Of a DNA stretch of 64,000 nucleotides, positions 36,189 to 45,000 are shown in pieces; position 1 is the stretch's first letter; each line of letters opens with the position of its first letter. Position numbers and translations under genes: made by a program. Source of the DNA: a virus. The stretch spans positions 1 through 64,000 of the IMG/VR virus record IMGVR_UViG_3300008448_000045, one strand, 5' to 3'. The notes beneath the pieces were generated by a model. The model saw only the letters and a program-made list of their open reading frames with translations. It was not told the DNA's origin and did no database searches.

Positions 36189-38429
36189 ATGGCATCATAT
36201 AAAGTTACGTATACAGAAACTACAAATCCTGCTAAGCCACCAATAAATGTTAATGACCAAGAACTAAACACAAGCACAAGTCTTACTTTTCCTGGAAAAA
36301 ATTATGCAGGTTATGGTTCTATAATTGCAGAAAATTTTTTACATCTACTAGAAAATTTTGCTAGAGGAACAGCCCCAGGAACACAACCCGGCGAAGGGCA
36401 AGCTGTCCAAGGTCAGCTATGGTATGACAATACACCCGGTATAAATTTATTAAAAGTATATGATGGCACATCTTGGGTAGCTGCTGGCAATATTAAAAAA
36501 GCAACTCCTGCAGAAATAAATGCATTATCGTCTAGTAGTTTTAAAGGGGATTTGTGGGTAGATACTACTAACCAACAACTATACATCTTCTCAGGATCAA
36601 ACTGGTTGCTAGTTGGTCCTCAATTTAGTGACGGAACTAAAACAGGACCGTTAATCGAAACAATTACAGATGCAAGCAACGTTGATCATACTGTTACATC
36701 AATTTGGGCCGAAGATACTAGGGTAATGATTATCAGTAGTAGTCCTTCGTTTACGCCAAAGCAAACAATATCTGGATTTAGTAGTATCAATAAAGGGATT
36801 AATCTTAACAGCGTTGATATTTCAAATACAACATCCCCAATTAAACTTTGGGGAGTAGCACAATCTGCAGACTCATTGATTGTTAATGGAAGAAGCGTAG
36901 CGTCTGCTAATTTCATGCGTAATGATGATATTGCTACTACAGATTTTCCAATTAACATACGAGCAGCGGGCGGAGTTACTGTTGGAAGCCAGTTAAATTT
37001 TATTATTGGTGCTGAAGAAAAAAATGGAAGTTTATATGCCTCAAGTCCGGGCGGAAGTATTCAATTAAAAGTTAATAATTCTGGTACCTCTCTTATTGCA
37101 ACATATATTTCGTCTACTGGAAAAGTTGGTATTGGTACTAATAATACAAATCCTAGCGAAGTTTTAGATGTATTAGGAAATATAAAAGCAGACGGAGTCA
37201 TATACACACTTTCAGATGCTGAGTCTAACATATTAGGCACAGGTAGCATTGTAACTAACGGTGGCGTATCGGTTTTAAAAAGTGCAAATATTGGTGGAAG
37301 CATAACTGTTAATAATAAAGTTTTATTAAACAATTTAGATATCAACGGAACTCCTGTTAACGGAGCTGTTGTATTACCCCAGTATACTTCTTTACAATCT
37401 GAATCAAACAGCAAAGTCCAACTGGTAGCTCAACCGTTATATGACATTGGAACCCCAACAAGAAAATTTAGGAATATTTACGCAGAATCGTTTGTTGGAA
37501 ATTTTACAGGAACACTATCAACAGCTGAAACAATACAGGGAAGTATTTCTGGATCAGCATCTAAATTAGCTAGTGCAACAACTTTTAGAATAGGCGACAG
37601 TACAAACCCTGCAATTCCTAGAAGCGAAGTTACAAGTAATATTGTATCATTTGACGGACAAGGCGACGATCCTGTTATTTTTACAGCAACAGTAACACAA
37701 GATGTAATTGCTAATAAACCAGTAATTACTGATTCTAGTGCTACTGATATGTTTTTAGTTTATAGAGGTTCAGGAGCAACTCCGGGTTTAAAACAAATAA
37801 GCAAAGCTTCTATTTTTTATAATGTTGCTACAGTGCCAACTGGTGCAATTTTTCCATATGCAGGCACTATTCTTCCTGCAGGGTATTTGTTATGCGACGG
37901 ATCCGAAGTAACTCAAGCTGAATATCCAGAACTATTTGCAATTGTTTCATTTACATATAAAGCATCATCACAACTTAACGGATTAGGCACATTTGCTCTC
38001 CCTGATCTTCGAGGCAGATTCCCGTTAGGATTAGATAACATGGACAATAACAACCGTGTACCAAGTAGAGATAGTACTCCTGAAAATCCGGTTAACATTG
38101 ATGCAGGCGGCGGTCCTGTTGGGAGAGTAATAGATCCTACCGCATCAAATTTAGGAAATCCTGGCGGAGCTGATCGAGTTTCGTTAGAAACAAAAAATAT
38201 TCCAGACCATAGACATACTCTTAATAGCGGGGTTGCTCAATATTATGCAGCAGGCGATCCTACAACGGTAGGAGATTCAGCTAGTCAACCGGGGTACGGC
38301 TTTGGAACTAGTGTAGGATCCGGTGTACCAAATACAGGAACAGTGATTAGTTCAGAAACTTCTGTTGCTTTTAGTGTGATGAATCCATATCAAGCACTAA
38401 ATTACATTATTTTTACTGGTAAGATATAA
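36189..38429 (+). CDS. Tail fibre protein with a C-terminal tail collar domain
   Basis: Shared N-terminal GKNY.GYG...ENF..LLENFA domain; collar motif P.G.I..YAG...P.GYL.CDG...LPDLRGRF. Confidence 0.85.
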   Translation: MASYKVTYTETTNPAKPPINVNDQELNTSTSLTFPGKNYAGYGSIIAENFLHLLENFARGTAPGTQPGEGQAVQGQLWYDNTPGINLLKVYDGTSWVAAGNIKKATPAEINALSSSSFKGDLWVDTTNQQLYIFSGSNWLLVGPQFSDGTKTGPLIETITDASNVDHTVTSIWAEDTRVMIISSSPSFTPKQTISGFSSINKGINLNSVDISNTTSPIKLWGVAQSADSLIVNGRSVASANFMRNDDIATTDFPINIRAAGGVTVGSQLNFIIGAEEKNGSLYASSPGGSIQLKVNNSGTSLIATYISSTGKVGIGTNNTNPSEVLDVLGNIKADGVIYTLSDAESNILGTGSIVTNGGVSVLKSANIGGSITVNNKVLLNNLDINGTPVNGAVVLPQYTSLQSESNSKVQLVAQPLYDIGTPTRKFRNIYAESFVGNFTGTLSTAETIQGSISGSASKLASATTFRIGDSTNPAIPRSEVTSNIVSFDGQGDDPVIFTATVTQDVIANKPVITDSSATDMFLVYRGSGATPGLKQISKASIFYNVATVPTGAIFPYAGTILPAGYLLCDGSEVTQAEYPELFAIVSFTYKASSQLNGLGTFALPDLRGRFPLGLDNMDNNNRVPSRDSTPENPVNIDAGGGPVGRVIDPTASNLGNPGGADRVSLETKNIPDHRHTLNSGVAQYYAAGDPTTVGDSASQPGYGFGTSVGSGVPNTGTVISSETSVAFSVMNPYQALNYIIFTGKI

Positions 38430-38430
38430 T

Positions 38431-40242
38431 ATGAGTTATACTATTAACAAGACCAACGGCGACTTACTAACTAATGTTGTAGATGGCGAAATCAATCAGA
38501 TAGCAAGTAGTCTTTCTTTAGTAGGAAAAAATGCTAGTTCTTACGGAGAAATAATGAATGAAAACTTCATAAGACTACTTGAAAATTTTGCAAATGGGGA
38601 TAGCCCCATTAAGCCATTAGCAGGACAGTTATGGTACGATACTAATCAAAGCCGTTTAAAGATTTATGACGGCACAAGCTGGAAAGTTTCTAGTGGTACT
38701 ATTGTAGCTAATCCTCCCCAAACATTATCTAGGGGCGAATTGTGGATTGATAGTCTTCGTCAACAACTATATTTTAATGATGGTGCTGCTACAGTTCTTG
38801 CTGGCCCAAACTATACAAAGGATCAAGGTGTATCCGGTTTTCAAACTTTAGATATAGTAGACATTAATCAGATTAATCATACAGTAGTATTTTTATATGT
38901 TGCTAAAGTATTAATTGGAATTTTTAGCCAAGATACCTTTACACCTTTAACTAAAGTTGTTGGATGGTCTGGAGACACATGGGATCCAACTAAGTCAGAT
39001 TACATACTTGGCGATCGAGTAATTTATCTAACACAAGGTAAACCTTTAGTTTATGAAGTGTATACTGTATCACAAACTAGTCCAAATATAAATGTTGTTC
39101 CAGCTGGGACACTTCCTACAAATACAGTTTATTGGAAAGAAATTAAAATTAATCCAGGATTTAATTCTAGTCAGTATAGACCAGTGTTTGATGTTTTAAC
39201 TTCCCAAGCATCTAGCTTAAGAGCTGCCGACGGAACACTACGAACAGCTGAACAGTTTTTATCTTCTACTCAGAATTCTACAGCTATTGGTAGGTTAGAA
39301 ATTCAAAATAGCACCCCGCTTATATTAGGCCCGGATTCAAATAATACGATTACTGTTAGTAATAGTTTATTTAAATTAAGTTCGGCAAGTAACAATCAAG
39401 ATTATCAGATTAGTGTTTTTGCTAACAATCAAGAAACATCAGCTCTTTTTATAAATGCTGAAACAAACCAAGTTGGAATATTTACAGGATTACCAACAGC
39501 AACTTTAGATGTTAACGGCGATGTTCGAATAAGAGGTAACATTGTTATTGAAGGTGCTACAACTTCAATTAATGCGACAAATTTATTAGTAGAAGATCTA
39601 CTTATTGAAATTGGAAAAGTATCTTCTCCAAGTAACACTACAGCTAACGGTGGCGGAATTAGCCTTGAAGGTGGCGGTGATGGAGATAAAACATTAACAT
39701 GGAACAGCACTACAGAAGCATGGACGTCTTCAGAACACATAAATTTAGGCGCCGGAAAGTCATATCATGTTGAAGGATTTTCAGTTCTTAGTAAAACAAC
39801 GTTAGGACAGACAGTAACTAATGCTCCGGGATTGACAACTATTGGTCAGTTAGATGAACTTAGAGTTGACTATTTAAGGTTAAACAACAATGCAATTTCT
39901 TACGTTAATCCAGTAGTTTCTGATGGCGACATAGTATTGCAACCTAAAGGAACTGGGTTAGTTAATGTAAGTAATGCTAGAATTACAGGAGTATCTAATC
40001 CAGTAGCTGTCGACGATGCTGTTAATTTAACAACATTAGTGTCAACAGTTAAATCTGCTCCTTTAGGACTTTCTGCTAATTTTACTGGGTTAACTGATAA
40101 TCAGATAGCTGGAAACATTGTAGCCGCTGTTTATCTTCCAGGAGAGCACGAAGAAGGCACAAAAGTAAGAGTTTGGGGTGTGGATACTAGCACATTAAAA
40201 ACTTTTGTGTTAACTAGCGGTTCTTGGACAATTGAAATATAA
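38431..40242 (+). CDS. Tail fibre-like protein (paralog 2)
   Basis: Same N-terminal domain (GKN..SYG...ENF..LLENFA...GQLWYD). Confidence 0.75.
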   Translation: MSYTINKTNGDLLTNVVDGEINQIASSLSLVGKNASSYGEIMNENFIRLLENFANGDSPIKPLAGQLWYDTNQSRLKIYDGTSWKVSSGTIVANPPQTLSRGELWIDSLRQQLYFNDGAATVLAGPNYTKDQGVSGFQTLDIVDINQINHTVVFLYVAKVLIGIFSQDTFTPLTKVVGWSGDTWDPTKSDYILGDRVIYLTQGKPLVYEVYTVSQTSPNINVVPAGTLPTNTVYWKEIKINPGFNSSQYRPVFDVLTSQASSLRAADGTLRTAEQFLSSTQNSTAIGRLEIQNSTPLILGPDSNNTITVSNSLFKLSSASNNQDYQISVFANNQETSALFINAETNQVGIFTGLPTATLDVNGDVRIRGNIVIEGATTSINATNLLVEDLLIEIGKVSSPSNTTANGGGISLEGGGDGDKTLTWNSTTEAWTSSEHINLGAGKSYHVEGFSVLSKTTLGQTVTNAPGLTTIGQLDELRVDYLRLNNNAISYVNPVVSDGDIVLQPKGTGLVNVSNARITGVSNPVAVDDAVNLTTLVSTVKSAPLGLSANFTGLTDNQIAGNIVAAVYLPGEHEEGTKVRVWGVDTSTLKTFVLTSGSWTIEI

Positions 40243-40271
40243 CTACGGGTAATTTAACTTTTTGAAATAGA

Positions 40272-40278
40272 ATAAATA
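40272..40278 (+). promoter_or_regulatory. Late promoter-like ATAAATA
   Basis: Intergenic, upstream of ATG 40302. Confidence 0.6.
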
Positions 40279-40301
40279 CTAGGACCTAAGGAATAACGGA
40301 A

Positions 40302-41822
40302 ATGCCATATCCAATAAAGAAATATAACGGAGATTTGTTAACAACAATCCCGGACGGTACAGTAGATACAACTACTAGTCTAAAATTAATCGGTAAAAAT
40401 TACGCCGGATACGGTGAAACTCAGAACGAAAATTTTGTCTATTTGCTAGAAAATTTTGCAAGTAGCAGCGAGCCTTTGAGGAAAACTACTGGACAGATCT
40501 GGTATGATTCATCTGCAGGCGGAAAATTAAAATTCTATGACGGCGCCAAGTGGAGAACAACTGGGGGCGCTGAGATTAGTGATCTTCAACCGTCGGGCTT
40601 AACTGTTGGAGATTTTTGGTTTAATACTGAAACACAACAACTGTTTGCTTTTAACAGCCAGAATACATTCACTTTAATTGGCCCACAGGCAGCTGCAGGT
40701 GCAGCTACTACTGAGATGGTTTCTAGAACGGTTGTTGATGCAGAAAATAGTGCTACTCATGCAATTATTGAAGCAAAGGTAAACGGAACTACAGTTTTTG
40801 TAATAAGTGCAGATGGTGATTTTACTCTTAAATCGCAACAAGGTAATACCATTACCGGCTTTAACAAAATTAGACAAGGTGTTACTCTTTACGAAACTAC
40901 AAACGAATCCCAACCAGGTCAAACAACTAGTAATCATAGATTCTGGGGTACGGCATCAAATTCTGATAGATTAGGCGGCCTAGGTGTAAACAGTTTTATT
41001 AGATCAGATAATGCTATTTTTAGTAATACTGTAAATTTTGCTCATACAGGTTTTACTGTAGGACAAACTCCAATTTTAAGAATTTATAATTCTAATCAAA
41101 CTGATCCAACGATTCAAAATCAATTAAACGATAACGGTATTACCTTCCAAACTACACAAGGTGTAACTACTCTTACTCCGTTAAAATTAGTTGGATTACA
41201 TACAGTTCCTGGCAGCGACGGAGTGTCTGACATAGGAACTGCGTTAGTTAAATTTAGAAATGTATATGCAGGTAATTTTTATGGCGTAGCAGAAAAAGCT
41301 TCTACAGTTAATGTAGGAGGAACTTATTATACGGCCAGTACAGCGGTTAGCGTTGGAACTATTGTAGCAAGGACTAGCGTAGACGAGACAATAGCAGGGG
41401 GATTAGTAATCTCTTCAGGATCTGTCAAAGCAAACTACTTTGTTGGTACAGCTACAACAGCTAACTATGCTGACTTAGCAGAAAAATATCTTACTGATTC
41501 TAATTATGAAGTTGGTACAGTAGTATCTGTCGGTGGCGCTAAAGAAGTAACAGCATGTAATTACGGACAACGTGTACTCGGTGTAGTTTCTGGAAAGCCA
41601 GGACTCATGATGAACAGCGAATTAGAAGGCGGCACATTTATTGCATTAAAAGGTAGAGTACCTGTTTTTGTAACAGGCCCAGTTAATAAGGGAGATGAAC
41701 TAGTAGCAGGTCCAAACGGTACCGCAGAAGCAGCTGTTAGTGGAGCATCCCGAGTTTTTGGTATAGCCTTAGAATCAAATGCAGATGCTGGTGTCAAACT
41801 CGTTGAATGCGTTGTTCTTTAA
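40302..41822 (+). CDS. Tail fibre-like protein (paralog 3) with a C-terminal peptidase G2-like autocleaving chaperone domain
   Basis: Shared N-terminal domain; ADLAEKY...G.VV...GVVS..P...GRVPV.V.G...KGD.LV. Confidence 0.75.
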   Translation: MPYPIKKYNGDLLTTIPDGTVDTTTSLKLIGKNYAGYGETQNENFVYLLENFASSSEPLRKTTGQIWYDSSAGGKLKFYDGAKWRTTGGAEISDLQPSGLTVGDFWFNTETQQLFAFNSQNTFTLIGPQAAAGAATTEMVSRTVVDAENSATHAIIEAKVNGTTVFVISADGDFTLKSQQGNTITGFNKIRQGVTLYETTNESQPGQTTSNHRFWGTASNSDRLGGLGVNSFIRSDNAIFSNTVNFAHTGFTVGQTPILRIYNSNQTDPTIQNQLNDNGITFQTTQGVTTLTPLKLVGLHTVPGSDGVSDIGTALVKFRNVYAGNFYGVAEKASTVNVGGTYYTASTAVSVGTIVARTSVDETIAGGLVISSGSVKANYFVGTATTANYADLAEKYLTDSNYEVGTVVSVGGAKEVTACNYGQRVLGVVSGKPGLMMNSELEGGTFIALKGRVPVFVTGPVNKGDELVAGPNGTAEAAVSGASRVFGIALESNADAGVKLVECVVL

Positions 41823-41824
41823 AA

Positions 41825-41831
41825 ATAAATA
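41825..41831 (+). promoter_or_regulatory. Late promoter-like ATAAATA
   Basis: 19 nt upstream of ATG 41851. Confidence 0.6.
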
Positions 41832-41850
41832 TCAAACTAAAGGATGACAG

Positions 41851-44800
41851 ATGGCGGGCCAATATTCACCAATTTTAGCAACTGACTATAATATCATACA
41901 AGCAAAGGTTGACAAAGTTTTAGGTTCCGGCCTTGAAAACTTTGGATACGGCCAACCCGTTAAAAGTGGTCAAGTTTTAAGAAGAACAAACATTACTTCT
42001 AATCAATGGAATAACTTAAGAAAAGATTTAATTAAAACTCGGTTACATCAAACAAACATTGATTATGCAAACACATTAAAAGAAGCCGGCAGAGTCGATC
42101 CCGAAGATAGCAATAAAAAAATACCTATTAATGACAGTGATTTTCAAGTTTTTAGCCAAATGGCCGAAGATGTCATTAACGATAGATTTAATTTACCAGC
42201 AGGCCAAGGCACAAGAGAAGCATTAGTTCCGACTCAGCAACTATCAACAGCATGGAACGGCACTATAACTCAAGTAATAACAATTACGTTTTCAAGTGTA
42301 GAAGCAACTCGTTATTTTTTCAATAGCGGTGGAAAAATAGAATTTAGCGGAAATAGAACCGGGGGAACATCTAGTACTAAAAACACTACTTGGTCGAGCA
42401 TGTTAGGCCAAGGAGCTAACGGTATGGGCGTCATTCAATTTGGACACAACTCTACAACTTGTTCAGGTACCGGCCAACCAGCAGCCATCGGATATTATAA
42501 TCTATTAGAAACAACTACAACTGATCAATTATTGTTTACTAAAGGCCCTCCAGAAGGTCCGTATTCCACAGCTTACTATTACATTTATGGACGCTCACCT
42601 GTACCTAATCAAATAGTTTTTACTATTCAATGGCAAGATGGTCAAGAAGAAAATTCTCAAGATGAGAATGTTGATGGAACATTATCTAGTTATGTACAAG
42701 TTTTTAGAGCATCGTCGGCTACAGATAGCGAAGGCGAATACATTAGTGTAAACATTCCTAAACCGCCAGCAATTACAACAGGACTAGCCGGGGGTATTCC
42801 AACACCAGCTCCAGAAATTGTTATTGGTCCTTCACAAAATAGTATCGCTCAACCACAAGTGGGGGTGGCGTATACACTAGCGTTTGGTGCGATCAACGGT
42901 ACAAGTCCTTATACTTGGAGTTCAATTGGAACTTTACCAGCAGGCTTGACTCTTAATCCTACAACTGGAGTGTTAAGCGGAACACCAACAACAGCATTAA
43001 GTTATCTATTTTATGTAGTTGCACAAGATGCAGATGGATATACTGGATCTGCTCAATATAATTTAATCGTAGAAGCTGGTGTTAGCCCAACAATTACAGT
43101 TACTCCAGTTACTTTAAATCAAATGCAAGTTGGATCAGCATTTTCACAAGTGTTTAGTGCCACCGGCGGCACCGGTCCCTATACATGGACGACTCTTGGT
43201 AGCGTACCGTTAGGAATAACATTAGGGACAAATAATAATGGATTCCCAACATTAAGCGGTACTCCTACCGCACCTCAAGCATATAGTTTTACAGTAAGGG
43301 CCACTGATGTTAATAATTTCTTTGGAGAACAGGCTTTTATTATTACTGTAGCCGCTGCCCCAACAATAACAATCAATCCAGGGTCTCCGTTAGCGTCACA
43401 GAGTGTTGGACTAGCTACAACCCAAAGTTTTACAGCTACTGGCGGCACTTCGCCCTATACTTGGTCTAAGACAGGTACCCTACCCGCCGGCCTAACTTTA
43501 TCGTCAGCTGGTGTATTGTCAGGAACCCCAACCACAGCAGCAACATATAACTTTACAGTTATAGCAACAGACTCAAGAAGTTATACTGGCGAAAAAGCAT
43601 ATTCTCAAATTATAACAGCTGCACCAACTTTATCAGTATCTCCAACTACTTTAACTATGCAGGTGGGCGTGTATTATACACAACAATTATCGGCAATTGG
43701 TGGAACAACTCCCTACACGTTTGAGCTATCAAGCGGATCATTACCAGCAGGAATAACTTTACAAGGTAATGGTTTAAGCGGTACTCCTACTTCGACAACA
43801 GCTGCGTCATTTAATATTAGAGTTACTGATGCAAATAATTTTACTGGTGTTACTCAGTATCTTGTTTCTCCAGCCCCTGCACCGCAATTTGCAACAACAA
43901 TAACACCAGCAAGCAGTAGTACAACTGCTGGAACTTATGCCGACACTTATAGATTTAGTAAAACTGGTTCAACTACCTTTACAGTTAATTGTACTTCTGG
44001 ATCAGGGCAAGTTACCTTAACTACTCAAAGTAATTCTGAACTGACGTCAGCATACACCTATTTTGGTGCAGGTGAAAATGCATTCGGTGGTGAATTTGAT
44101 ATAGCATCTACTGGCGACATTGGACTTGCAAAAACTATAGGTGATTATTTTTATGCTAGCAATAATGCTTGGTATAAGACAGAAACTGTTGCAGGTGTTG
44201 ATCGAACAGTTTATAATAAATCTAATAATGCTTGGACACAGTTCCTTAACAATTATGCAGTATGGCCTGACTCAGGCGACGGCCCCGTTAATTCTTGGGT
44301 TGGAGTATCTTATAACGTAAATATTGCAACAGCAGGTAATTATGTATTAAGAATTAGTTCAGATAATCAATTAGAAGTATCCGTTGATGGGACACTAGCA
44401 GCTAGTATTTCAAGTTATACAACAACTTCTGATACAACAATTAGTTTAACACAAGGCTTGCACACAATTACTTGTAGAGGAAAAAATACAGGAGGTCCTG
44501 CAGGCTTTGCCGCAGCTTTGTATGCACAAGGTAATTTAAGTAGTGCAGTTTGGACAACTAGAAATACTAGTGACATTACGGTACAGGTAGTTAAGTACGG
44601 CCTTTATAGAAAACCGGATGCTCAAGGACTAAAATCTTGGTTAGACTATGCAAAGAACAATAATATAAGCGACCCCATAACTTCTCAACAATTTAAAAAT
44701 GCTTTTGCAGCAGTTTTAGACAATGGTTCTAGATCAGCGGATAGCGATTGGGCAAGAAGCACAACAGCTACAAAAACATTTGCATCTGGAACAGGTAATG

Positions 44801-44991
44801 GAGATTTTTATGACAGGCCCGTAGCTGTTAATGCTACTTGCTCACCTGCGTCCTTTAGTTTAAGTGCTGGTAATTCACAAGTAGTAACAATGAATTGGAC
44901 TGTACAAGCCGGATCTGCTGTTAATCCGTGGCAATTCACAGCAATATCAAGTGCCGGTGGAACGTACCTATTTACAATTTATAGAACATAA
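41851..44991 (+). CDS. Virion protein with four putative Ig (He_PIG-like) repeats and a PA14-like module (1046 aa)
   Basis: Repeats of VG..Y...F.A.GGT.PYTW...G.LP.GL.L...G.LSGTPT; C-terminal G.Y.L..SSDN.....VDG...L..G.H. Confidence 0.8.
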   Translation: MAGQYSPILATDYNIIQAKVDKVLGSGLENFGYGQPVKSGQVLRRTNITSNQWNNLRKDLIKTRLHQTNIDYANTLKEAGRVDPEDSNKKIPINDSDFQVFSQMAEDVINDRFNLPAGQGTREALVPTQQLSTAWNGTITQVITITFSSVEATRYFFNSGGKIEFSGNRTGGTSSTKNTTWSSMLGQGANGMGVIQFGHNSTTCSGTGQPAAIGYYNLLETTTTDQLLFTKGPPEGPYSTAYYYIYGRSPVPNQIVFTIQWQDGQEENSQDENVDGTLSSYVQVFRASSATDSEGEYISVNIPKPPAITTGLAGGIPTPAPEIVIGPSQNSIAQPQVGVAYTLAFGAINGTSPYTWSSIGTLPAGLTLNPTTGVLSGTPTTALSYLFYVVAQDADGYTGSAQYNLIVEAGVSPTITVTPVTLNQMQVGSAFSQVFSATGGTGPYTWTTLGSVPLGITLGTNNNGFPTLSGTPTAPQAYSFTVRATDVNNFFGEQAFIITVAAAPTITINPGSPLASQSVGLATTQSFTATGGTSPYTWSKTGTLPAGLTLSSAGVLSGTPTTAATYNFTVIATDSRSYTGEKAYSQIITAAPTLSVSPTTLTMQVGVYYTQQLSAIGGTTPYTFELSSGSLPAGITLQGNGLSGTPTSTTAASFNIRVTDANNFTGVTQYLVSPAPAPQFATTITPASSSTTAGTYADTYRFSKTGSTTFTVNCTSGSGQVTLTTQSNSELTSAYTYFGAGENAFGGEFDIASTGDIGLAKTIGDYFYASNNAWYKTETVAGVDRTVYNKSNNAWTQFLNNYAVWPDSGDGPVNSWVGVSYNVNIATAGNYVLRISSDNQLEVSVDGTLAASISSYTTTSDTTISLTQGLHTITCRGKNTGGPAGFAAALYAQGNLSSAVWTTRNTSDITVQVVKYGLYRKPDAQGLKSWLDYAKNNNISDPITSQQFKNAFAAVLDNGSRSADSDWARSTTATKTFASGTGNGDFYDRPVAVNATCSPASFSLSAGNSQVVTMNWTVQAGSAVNPWQFTAISSAGGTYLFTIYRT

Positions 44992-45000
44992 AGGTATCTT

